Positions 21,479-30,197 of a stretch of DNA of 64,000 nucleotides are shown one piece after another. Source of the DNA: an uncultured Gemmataceae bacterium (GTDB lineage Bacteria > Planctomycetota > Planctomycetia > Gemmatales > Gemmataceae); the NCBI GenBank assembly GCA_963750165.1, contig CAVVPN010000003.1:1728001-1792000 (forward strand), read 5' to 3'. Within the stretch, counting starts at the first letter, position 1, and each line of letters opens with the position of its first letter. A model generated the notes under the pieces. The model did no database searches. It was not told the origin of the DNA and saw nothing but the letters and a program-made list of their open reading frames with translations. A program made the position numbers and the translations under genes.

Positions 21479-23703
21479 GTGAGCACTCCCCTACCGCTCG
21501 TGAACACCTCACACCGCCTCCGCAAAACTGTCGGCCTGCACCTCGGCGCCGCCACCGCCAGCATTGCGCTGCTCGACGCCACCGACAGCGCCCTCCGCTT
21601 CGGCCAGGACGACCAGGGCCGCCGCACGTTCCCGCTGACCGGCGACCCGGACTTGAAGCAGGTCGTGCAACAACTCCGCATCGCCCTGGCGCAGGTGCTC
21701 GACGACCGCCGCTACGTGCTGGACGCGGCCGTGTTGACCATGTCGGCGGCGCACGATCAGGACCGGCAAGCGCAGTTGAAACAACTCGTGCAGGAAGCCG
21801 GACTGGAAGTGGTCGCCACGATGCCCGAGCCCTTCACCACCCTGGTGTATTACCACTGGGCAAGCGGCCACGGGAACGCCCTGTATCTGGTTGCCTTCGT
21901 TGACCGCGGCCAGTGCAGCGCGACGGTCGCGGGCATTCTCCACGACGATCTTACGACCCCAATCGGATGGGAGAACTACAAGATTGAGGACGGTTCGGTG
22001 TCGGACCGTGTCGTCGACTGCTGCTGGCAAGCGCTGAACGACGTGAGCGTGTCGCCGGCCGCCATTGATTACGTTCTGCTGGCCGGGAGTTCCGACCAAC
22101 TGGCCGCGGTGGCCGCGGCGCTGCGGGCCGCCTTCTGCGACCCGGCGCTGCCGGAACACACCGTCCACCCCGAGCCGTTGGTACACGAGCCCGAGCTGTG
22201 CGCCACCGCCGGCGCGGCCATCCACGGCGCCCGCCTTGGCACCCACTACCTGCTCGGCGACAGCGGCGGCGCCACCGCGGACGTTCATCTGACCAGCCCG
22301 CCGAACACGCGCGTGACCGCCCACGAACTGACCGGCATCGTCAACGGTTCGCCGCCGCTACCGGCTGGCTCCTCGCTGCTGGTGCAGGCGCTGGCGACGG
22401 GCCTCGTGGAAGAAGCGTTTCTCGACGAACAGGGCGCCTTCCGCCAGGCGCTGGAGTTAACGCCCGACAGCGACAACGGTTTCCTGCTGACGCTGTGCGA
22501 CGACCTCGGCCGCGAGCTGGCGACGCTGCCGGCCACGGTCCGCCACAGCACGCAGGAGCGCCGCCTGGGCCAGACGGTTGCGGCCACCGAGGTGGTGACG
22601 CGGCCACTGCAAATTGAGGTGCTCGACCAGCGGCGGCGGCGCGTGCGGCAGACGCTGGCCCCGGTGGGCGCGACGCTGCCGAACACCTTCGCCTGCATCT
22701 GCCGCACCACCGACCAGGCCGGCCGCGTGGTCGTGCCGCTGTACGAGGACAACCGGTTGCTGCAGCGCGTGGTGGTCGGCGACCTGGACCCGACGCTGCC
22801 GGTCGGCGTACCGGTCGAACTTGAGTTGCAGGTGGACGCCGCCCATGCCCTGCGCCTCAAGGTGACCGTGCGCCACGCCGGCCGCATGGAAACCGTCACC
22901 CTGGCCGCGACGCCGCCGCCGAAACTGCCGACGAGCCAGGAAATCGACACCCTCCGCAAAGAAATCGAGACGGAGCTGACCCAGTTCACCGGCATCTTCC
23001 ACACGCGCAACCGCGAGCAGCTGACCCGCCTGCTCGGCGAGCTGGACGCAGCGCTGCAACGTCACGACGAGTCGGCGGCGCTGGAGCACGCCGCGGCACT
23101 GCGCGAGTTGCGTCAGGTGGTGCTGGGGGCGCGGTCGCAGGTGCTGGAGCCGCCCTGGCAGCGCTTCGCCCAGCTGGTCCGCCAGTGCCTGATTCAGGCG
23201 GGCAACGTCGCCGAGCGCACCGGCCGCTCACGCGAGGAACTGTTTGAACAGGTGTACGCCCAGGAACGCTACGCCGAGCAGGCGTACGCGGAGAAGAACC
23301 AGACGTTGTACCGCGAGTGCTTCGAGAACCTGAGCAAGTTCGCCGCGTACCTGGATCAGCTGGGCAACGACTTTTCACCCGGGGCGGCGGCGCGTGGGCG
23401 CGCAAGGTGCCGACGACGCTGGAGGTGCGCCGCGACGCCCGTCAGGTGACGCTGGAGTTGCAGGCACTGCTGCAGCGTGCGCAGGCGCAAGGACGGGCCG
23501 ATTTGAGCGAACAACTGGAGCAGATGTTGCGCATCGCGGCAAACGCGGACGACCGCGCCGCCCGCGACCCCGGCGGCGGCCAGCGCGACCTGGAACGGCT
23601 GCGCCAGGAGGCGGCACGGGTGGAGCAGGCGCTAACCGGCGTCCGGCTCAACACCCCGGATGACGACGAGGGAATGCTTGAAGGAACGGTTGAGGCGCGG
23701 TAG
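21479..23703 (+). CDS. Degenerate Hsp70-like protein (pseudo-ATPase) with Ig-like insert and helical tail; frameshift near 23395
   Basis: VGLHLGAATAS, MPEPFTTLVYY, YLVAFVDRGQCSATV and IDYVLLAGSS are decayed equivalents of GIDLGTT, NEPTAAA, DLGGGTFD and LVGGS. SBD-like GATLPNTF...VPLYED. Confidence 0.7.
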
Positions 23704-23723
23704 TTTGGGCTAGGGCGCCCCAT

Positions 23724-23776
23724 CAGCCCGAAGCGCAAGCGAGGGTTGCAGCAACCCTCGTTTGCGCTTCGGGCTG
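23724..23776. repeat. Palindromic repeat (AGCCCGAAGCGCAAGCG family)
   Basis: cagcccgaagcgcaagcgagggttgc-a-gcaaccctcgtttgcgcttcgggctg. Confidence 0.8.
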
Positions 23777-23808
23777 GTAGGGGTGTCGAGTCTCGATAAG
23801 GGTCACCG

Positions 23809-26496
23809 ATGAATGTCGCGTCCATACTGCTCTACGCTGCCCTGGGCGGGGCCGTGGTCCTGCTCGTGGGGGCCGCGGTGGCGCTCTGGTTGATCTTCGG
23901 CGCCGGGCCGCAGCGCAGCCGGGGCTACCGGCGCGGTCAGCGGCTGCTGCGCGAGGGCAACTGGCACGAGGCATTGCAAACCGTCCACACCTATCAGGTG
24001 CCCGGTCTGTCGCCACTGTGGCAAGGTCGGCTGCGGTCGCTGGAGGGCGAGTGCTACCGGGCCGCCGGCATCGCCGCCGTCAAGGGTCAGGACTACGAAA
24101 AGGGCCTCGACTATCATCTGCACGCCGCCGAGCTGCTGGCGCTCAACTCGGTCGAGGCGCGCGGCACCGTCATCGAGTCCATGCTGAGCGAGGTCCGCCG
24201 CCGCTTCGCCGCCGGCGACACCTCCGCCGCGCAGGCACTGGTGTCGCGCACGCTCCTGCTGCAATCGCCGTGCGCCGAGGCGTCGTTCTGGCAGGGCCTG
24301 TGTCACCTGCACGCCGGCAACGTCGAGTTGGCCCAGGCGGCGCTGCTGACGGCGCGCGGCGAGACGCCGACCCTGCTGGACCCGTCGCTGTACCTGGGCG
24401 GCACACTGCTGAAAGCGGGCCAGGCCAAGGAATCGCTGCGCTACCTGACCGAGGCCAACCGGCTCGACAGCAACTGCCCGCTGGTGGCGCTGTCGCTGGG
24501 CACGGCCATCATCACCGCTGGCGGCGACGTGCAGATCGCCAACCGCGCCCTGCAAAAAGCGCTGGGGCCGCGCGGCCTGCTGCAATACGCGGCGGCGCCG
24601 CAGCGGCTGTGGGCGGAGGGTTTTCCCGAGGGCCGCTCCTACGTCCGCCGGCTAGCGCAGAAGTACCCATTCACCGACCCGGTCTGGGGCGGCGACGTGA
24701 CCCAGATCATCCGCGACGGCAACGCGGCGCTGGCGCAGGGCCTGTACCGTCAGGGCAACTTCCAGGATGCAGCAGACCTGTACGGCCGGCTGCTACAGGA
24801 ATCGGCACCGACGGCGCCGGTGCTGCGCGGCCTCGGCCTGGCGCTGACGCGGCTGGAGCGCTATGACCAGGCGTTCAAGCACTTGAAGGCCGCCTACGAG
24901 ATCGAGCAGGGCCGTGAACGCTGGACCGCCGGTTACCTGGCCCTGTGTGGAGCGAAGGGCAAGCCGAGCCGGCCGGAGGACAAGGAGCGCAACGTCGCCT
25001 GGGCGGTGCGCGTTGTCTGCGCCTTCCAGGCCCCCGGCGATACGGAGTGGGCGAACCTCATCAGCCAGATCTTCGCCGAGGCCCGGCAGTGTGGCGTGGC
25101 GCTGCCGGTGGAGGATCAGCTGTACCTGTGCGATCACCTGGCGTCGGTAAGTGCCATCGACCCGCTGGCGGCGGAGGCGTACCACTGGCTGGCGGTGACT
25201 CACCCCGAGGCGCTGCGGTCGCAGCACGCCTGGCTCTACAGCCGGGCGGCGCACCAGCACGGCGTCAGCGGCCCGCGCGCCGCCGACCTGTTCGCGCGCA
25301 CCTTCGCCGAGCAGGACGAGGCACGCGTCTTCTACCGTCAACTTGGCTGGGACTTCGACGACCTGGAGTACGCCTTCCTGGAGCGCGCGGCAGCGACGCA
25401 CCCGGGGCAGTTCCCGGCAGTGCTCGGGCTGGACTATCCGCCGCGCGGCGAACAGAGTTTGCTGGAGCGGTCGCAGAGGCAGGAGCAGGCCGGTCAGAAG
25501 GAGCAGGCGCTGGCGACCGCGGAGGTGCTGGTGCGGCTGGCGCCCGGCAGCGGCCGCGCTCACGACCGCGTGGCCCAGATGTACCACCGCCTCGGCAAGT
25601 CCGAGAGCGCCCTGGCTCACCTGCATCAGTGGCGGCTGCTGGAGGCCAGCAATCCGCTGCCGCCGCTGCGTCTGGCGATCCTGAGTCAGAACCTCGGCCA
25701 GCAGGACGCCGCTCAGCAGAATCTCCGCCGGGCGCTGGCGTTGACCGACGGCACCCGCCGGGCGGACCTGGCGCTGCTCGGTGCACGGCTGGCGCTGCTG
25801 GCGGCAAAGGACCAGCTCGCCGGCGCGGCGCCGGCCTTGCAGACGGCGCTGGAACTGCTCGACATCTGTCTTCACGAGGACGAGCAGAACCCGCAGGCGC
25901 TGTGGCTGCTGGCGGCGGTGAAGGCGGTGCTCGGCGACCGCGACGGGCTGGCGCAACTGGCGCCGCGGATGAAGCGGCAGGACGTGGACGACCCGCGCTT
26001 CCAGTTCCTGGCGGCGGTGTGTTTGCTGGCGGCTGGCGACTACCCGGCGGTGCTGGAGGCGTGCGGCCGGGCGGCCCAGGACGCGGCGCTGGCGGTGGAG
26101 TGCTCGTACCTGGTCGGCTGGGCGCAGCTGTTGCGGCACGAGATCGCCGCGGCGACGGAGGCGTTCCGCGTCGTCGCCCGGGTCAAGGACAGCGCCTCGG
26201 CGGCGCACGCGCAGGCGCTGCTCGGGGCCATCCGCTTCCACGAGGGCGGTTACGAGGAGGCGATTCACTGGTGGCAGAGCCTGGACGCGGAGCGGCGTGC
26301 CGACTGGAAGTTCGCGGAGCCGTTGCAGGCGACGGTGTGGCTGGCGGCGCTGAAGGCGCTGCAGTCGGGGCGGTACGAGAACGCAGCGGAGCGGCTGCGC
26401 GAGGCGGGCAAGCTCGGCTGGCGCGACCGCCGGCTGGGGCCATTACTGAGCTTCGCGCTGGTCAAGGCGGGGCAGCAGTTGTTGTACCGGAAATGA
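23809..26496 (+). CDS. Large TPR-repeat protein with N-terminal membrane anchor
   Basis: N-terminal hydrophobic helix; repeated TPR-like helical units (LGLALTRLERYDQAFKHLKAA; LLGAIRFHEGGYEEAIHWW). Confidence 0.85.
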   Translation: MNVASILLYAALGGAVVLLVGAAVALWLIFGAGPQRSRGYRRGQRLLREGNWHEALQTVHTYQVPGLSPLWQGRLRSLEGECYRAAGIAAVKGQDYEKGLDYHLHAAELLALNSVEARGTVIESMLSEVRRRFAAGDTSAAQALVSRTLLLQSPCAEASFWQGLCHLHAGNVELAQAALLTARGETPTLLDPSLYLGGTLLKAGQAKESLRYLTEANRLDSNCPLVALSLGTAIITAGGDVQIANRALQKALGPRGLLQYAAAPQRLWAEGFPEGRSYVRRLAQKYPFTDPVWGGDVTQIIRDGNAALAQGLYRQGNFQDAADLYGRLLQESAPTAPVLRGLGLALTRLERYDQAFKHLKAAYEIEQGRERWTAGYLALCGAKGKPSRPEDKERNVAWAVRVVCAFQAPGDTEWANLISQIFAEARQCGVALPVEDQLYLCDHLASVSAIDPLAAEAYHWLAVTHPEALRSQHAWLYSRAAHQHGVSGPRAADLFARTFAEQDEARVFYRQLGWDFDDLEYAFLERAAATHPGQFPAVLGLDYPPRGEQSLLERSQRQEQAGQKEQALATAEVLVRLAPGSGRAHDRVAQMYHRLGKSESALAHLHQWRLLEASNPLPPLRLAILSQNLGQQDAAQQNLRRALALTDGTRRADLALLGARLALLAAKDQLAGAAPALQTALELLDICLHEDEQNPQALWLLAAVKAVLGDRDGLAQLAPRMKRQDVDDPRFQFLAAVCLLAAGDYPAVLEACGRAAQDAALAVECSYLVGWAQLLRHEIAAATEAFRVVARVKDSASAAHAQALLGAIRFHEGGYEEAIHWWQSLDAERRADWKFAEPLQATVWLAALKALQSGRYENAAERLREAGKLGWRDRRLGPLLSFALVKAGQQLLYRK

Positions 26497-26909
26497 GAGG
26501 GCCAGGAGGGGGTCCGTGGGGCAAAAATCCGACGCAGACGGGTGGACAGGGGCGAAGCCCTGTTGCCCGGGTCGGTACCGCCCGACCCGGCACCACGGAA
26601 GTCGCTTTAGCCGACCTCCATCCTCTGCACGCGGTGCCCCGGCCGGAAAAACCGGCAAACCATATTCCGGATCTGGCAAAGACCATCAGGGCGAACGGCT
26701 ATGATGTAGGAAGGGCCATTCTCGCGGCCCGGATGCCGGACGGACGGTTGGTGCAACTGGGGGGACATCATCGTGCGGAGGCCAGGCGACAACTCGGCGA
26801 GACGATTGTCCCCACCCGGGTCGTGGATTGGACCGCTCTGTCCCCAAAGATTCAGGCCTGGTGGCGTCAGCGGTTCCCGAATTTTCCTTGGGGAGATTTC
26901 CTGACATGA
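26493..26909 (+). CDS. Small ParB/sulfiredoxin-like domain protein (toxin-tip-like)
   Basis: ATGA overlap with the upstream stop; LADLHPLH...LAKTIRANGYD...GRLVQLGGHHRAEARRQLG...VPTRVV matches the ParB-N/Srx GHHR signature. Confidence 0.65.
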   Translation: MRGPGGGPWGKNPTQTGGQGRSPVARVGTARPGTTEVALADLHPLHAVPRPEKPANHIPDLAKTIRANGYDVGRAILAARMPDGRLVQLGGHHRAEARRQLGETIVPTRVVDWTALSPKIQAWWRQRFPNFPWGDFLT

Positions 26910-27235
26910 GTTCCGAGGCCCGACCCTGGTTCTCCGTCAGCCGGCCGGGGAGTTCCGTGTTGCGTTGCGCCGCGTGCCGCCAGGAGTTCGACCTCGGGGG
27001 GTCGGTCGCCGACCACCACCCAGCCGTGTGCCCGGTGTGTGGCGTCGAATGTATATTCGTTGACTGGAAGGATCGGATCGTTCAGGTCGTCACGGCCTCC
27101 GCCCCCGCACGGCTGCCCGAATTGATCCGCTGGCTGCAGAACAACTTCGACGAACTAGACTACGTGCAGTTGCTCTGTGCCCTGGAAGAACTAGCCGACG
27201 CCGTGGACTCCAGCCGCGAACCCCAGGTGCGATGA
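26906..27235 (+). CDS. Small Zn-ribbon protein (CAAC...CPVC), candidate immunity/partner protein
   Basis: ATGA overlaps at both ends; two CxxC pairs; acidic helical C-terminus. Confidence 0.65.
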   Translation: MSSEARPWFSVSRPGSSVLRCAACRQEFDLGGSVADHHPAVCPVCGVECIFVDWKDRIVQVVTASAPARLPELIRWLQNNFDELDYVQLLCALEELADAVDSSREPQVR

Positions 27236-28929
27236 AGGATACCGCGATGGCGATTCCCGAAGCGATTCCGATGGCGGCGCCCGCCGCGGCACCGCCGACC
27301 GCCCCCCGGGCCGAGCCCTGGGCCGACGCCGCGCGCCTGTTCGAACAGGCCCTCAAGACCGGACCTGCGGACCCACAGGTCGCGTACCTGCTCGCGCTGT
27401 GCTACAAGCGCCAGGGCAAGACCAACGACGCTCGCACTGCTCTGCGCAAGATCAGCAAGCCGGACGCCAACGTCCTCCTCCAGATGGGGCTGCTGTCCTT
27501 CCAGGAGAACAATTTCGCGCAGGCCGAGCAGGAATTCGCCCGCGCCCTGGAGATGGACCCGAACTCCTACGAGACCTGCTTCAATCTATTCCTGGCCCGG
27601 CTGTCGCTCGGCAAGATGGAACCCGTGCTGGCGCTGCTGCCCAAGCTCGGCGCCCTGGCCAGCGACCCCGACGAGCAGCGCTTCTTGCGCGTCACCGAGC
27701 CGCTGTTCCGCGACTGCATGAACCCGCGTTCCGGGCCGCCGCCGTTGCCCAAAAAGCAGGCCAACGGCGTCCTCGTCTATGACACGCTCATCCCGGAGAT
27801 GACTGCCGGCGATGAGGAGCGCTTCCTGCAGATCATCCGCAGCGTCAGCGACTTTGAGGTGATGTTCCCGCTGCTGCGCGGCCTGGCGACGGGCCGGCCG
27901 AACAGCCAGGCGGTGCAGGAGACGTTCCTGGAAGCGGTGCTGGTGCGCGGCAAACAGCTGGCCGACCACTGCGACTGGGACGAGGCCCGCCAGTTGCTGC
28001 AACCGCTGGCCCGGCTGCCGTTCGATCCCACCCGGGCGTCGCAGGAGGCGTGCGAGAACCACATCGCCATGCTCAACCTGCTCGGCTGTTGTGAGTGCAT
28101 GATGCAGGAGTTCGACGCCGGCATCCGCTACTTCCAGACCGCCCTGCGTATGGCCGGCAACGACGCCTGGCTGCACCAGAATTTGGCCCTGGCCTTCGAG
28201 TACCAGGGTCGCCTCGACCAGGCCGACACGCACTGGAACCGCTACTTCGATCTGCTCGACCGCAAGGTGCCGGTGCCGTCGCTGACCAATTACCTGGAGA
28301 CGCTGGCCTACGAGGGGCTGAACCGTTTGGCCGACACGTATCAGAAGAAGGAAAAGTGGAACAGCGCCCTGACATACCTGCAGCGCGCCCATCGGCTGCG
28401 GCCGGCGGACACCGAGACGCTGGAACGGCTGTTTCACCTGTATAATCAAGTGAAGCGGCCCGAGGACGCCCGGCGGACGCTGCGGCGGTTGCGCGAGATG
28501 CGGCCCAACGACCCGCAGTTCGAGTTGTACGAACTCGATTTGCGCGAGGTCAAGACGCTGGAAGACCTGGACCGCAAGCTGGCCGACATCCGCAAAACGC
28601 TGTCGCGCTATCCCAACGACGCCCGCGTTGAGGAGCGGGCCGTCAACATGGTCGGCGAGGTCATCCCGCTCATGGGCCGCCTGTGCGACCAGTTGACCGA
28701 CGAACTGAGCCGGGTCATCGACCAGGTGCGCAGCCTGCCGAACTACCAGATCAACTGGCCGGCGGTGCGCGACGTGATGCGCGACCTGCAGGAGCGCTTC
28801 CAGAAACTGCGGCGGATCACCAACAAATGCCTGGGACTGGTCACCAATGAGGAGCACCGCCGCATCATCCGCGACCTGAGCGACCACATTGACCGGAAGA
28901 TTGAGATGTGCCAGTCGATGGGGGCGTGA
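27232..28929 (+). CDS. TPR-repeat protein with C-terminal helical bundle
   Basis: TPR units (VLLQMGLLSFQENNFAQAEQEFARALEMDP; LHQNLALAFEYQGRLDQA); strong host codon usage. Confidence 0.88.
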   Translation: MKDTAMAIPEAIPMAAPAAAPPTAPRAEPWADAARLFEQALKTGPADPQVAYLLALCYKRQGKTNDARTALRKISKPDANVLLQMGLLSFQENNFAQAEQEFARALEMDPNSYETCFNLFLARLSLGKMEPVLALLPKLGALASDPDEQRFLRVTEPLFRDCMNPRSGPPPLPKKQANGVLVYDTLIPEMTAGDEERFLQIIRSVSDFEVMFPLLRGLATGRPNSQAVQETFLEAVLVRGKQLADHCDWDEARQLLQPLARLPFDPTRASQEACENHIAMLNLLGCCECMMQEFDAGIRYFQTALRMAGNDAWLHQNLALAFEYQGRLDQADTHWNRYFDLLDRKVPVPSLTNYLETLAYEGLNRLADTYQKKEKWNSALTYLQRAHRLRPADTETLERLFHLYNQVKRPEDARRTLRRLREMRPNDPQFELYELDLREVKTLEDLDRKLADIRKTLSRYPNDARVEERAVNMVGEVIPLMGRLCDQLTDELSRVIDQVRSLPNYQINWPAVRDVMRDLQERFQKLRRITNKCLGLVTNEEHRRIIRDLSDHIDRKIEMCQSMGA

Positions 28930-28975
28930 CCATAACTCCTCTCCCCCCTGAAGGGGCGAGGGGAGGAAGACGGAG

Positions 28976-29485
28976 ATGACCATGAGCAAGATTCCAACCG
29001 GGCCGGTGGTGCTGGAGCTGGCGCCGATGCCGCGCGAGCAGATCGGTCCGTTCCTGTTGCTTGGCCTGGACAAGACCGCGGACAAGACCGCCATCGACGC
29101 CAACTGGGCGCAGCGCATCAAGTGGGCCCGGCGCAATCAGCTCAAGGCACCGCTGGAGGACATCAACTGGGCGCGCGACATTGTCAGCGACCTGGACAAG
29201 CGCATCCGTGCGGACGCCGCCAGCTTCAACATTGACACCACCGAGGGCGTCCTGCGCCGCCTGTCCGAGCGCTATGAAAGCAGCCAGCACACGGCCACCT
29301 GCCGGCCGCTCGATGTCGAAAAGAACCTGGCCGACTATACTCCCCCTGCGGAACTGCCCGACCTCGCCGAGGCCCGCGCCGCCGTCATGGTGCCGGAGGT
29401 GCCGCAGGAGACGCCGGCGGTCGCGCACCTGCTGGAACAGTTTCTCCGCGAACCGCTGGACCCGTGGCAGGTCCACTTGTCCTGA
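28976..29485 (+). CDS. J-domain-like protein lacking the HPD motif
   Basis: PFLLLGLDKTADKTAIDANWAQRIK...LEDINWARDIVSDLDKR mirrors J-domain helices I-III; context next to grpE and Hsp70. Confidence 0.55.
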   Translation: MTMSKIPTGPVVLELAPMPREQIGPFLLLGLDKTADKTAIDANWAQRIKWARRNQLKAPLEDINWARDIVSDLDKRIRADAASFNIDTTEGVLRRLSERYESSQHTATCRPLDVEKNLADYTPPAELPDLAEARAAVMVPEVPQETPAVAHLLEQFLREPLDPWQVHLS

Positions 29486-29496
29486 GGAACGTCCGC

Positions 29497-30105
29497 ATGA
29501 ATGACGAATTGTTGCCGACCGCCCCGCGCTCCACCGCGCCTGCCGAAGAGGCCACGCTGGGCATGTCGGCGCTGTACAAATTGTTCGAGGCCTTCATCGC
29601 CCTGCGCGAGAAGAACGAACGCCAGCACAAGCTGTTTGAGCAGACGCTGACCAAGGCGCGCGACGCCATCCAGTCCAGCTTCAACAGCTTTGCCGCCGAC
29701 ACCCAGCGCGCCTACCAGCAGTTGCGCCAGGAGGTCCACGGCGAGAAGCGCGTCAGCGTTGCCCTGCTCAACGAATTGCTGGAACTGGGCTTCGACCTGG
29801 AGCACATCGTGGCGGCACGGCCGGTGCTGATGCTGACCGGCGCTGAGGCCGAGGCCATGAACCGCTGGGCGGACGGCATCGAGGTCGAGTGCCGCAAGGT
29901 GCAGGACGCCCTGCGCAAGCACGGCATCCTGCCGTACGACGCGGTGATCGGCGCGGTGTACGAGCCAGCCCTGCACGAGCGCGTCGGGGCCAAACGCGTC
30001 GAGGGCATGGACGCGCTGCGCGTCGCCGCACAGGTGCAGCACGGTTACGCCAGCAAGCAGCCAGAGTTCGTGCTGCGGCGGCCGAAAGTGATTGTGACGG
30101 AGTGA
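29497..30105 (+). CDS. grpE: GrpE-like nucleotide exchange factor
   Basis: N-terminal coiled coil, then LRKHGILPY..IGAVYEPALHE...QHGY...VLRRPKVIV. Confidence 0.85.
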   Translation: MNDELLPTAPRSTAPAEEATLGMSALYKLFEAFIALREKNERQHKLFEQTLTKARDAIQSSFNSFAADTQRAYQQLRQEVHGEKRVSVALLNELLELGFDLEHIVAARPVLMLTGAEAEAMNRWADGIEVECRKVQDALRKHGILPYDAVIGAVYEPALHERVGAKRVEGMDALRVAAQVQHGYASKQPEFVLRRPKVIVTE

Positions 30106-30123
30106 AATGAAGGTCTTTAGCCC

Positions 30124-30163
30124 GATTGATCGATTCGCGCTCGCCAGCGCGAATCGATCAATC
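30124..30163. repeat. Intergenic hairpin between grpE and the Hsp70 gene
   Basis: gattgatcgattcgcgct-cgcc-agcgcgaatcgatcaatc. Confidence 0.7.
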
Positions 30164-30197
30164 AATGCAATAAAACTGGCACCCAGGATACCCCCCA

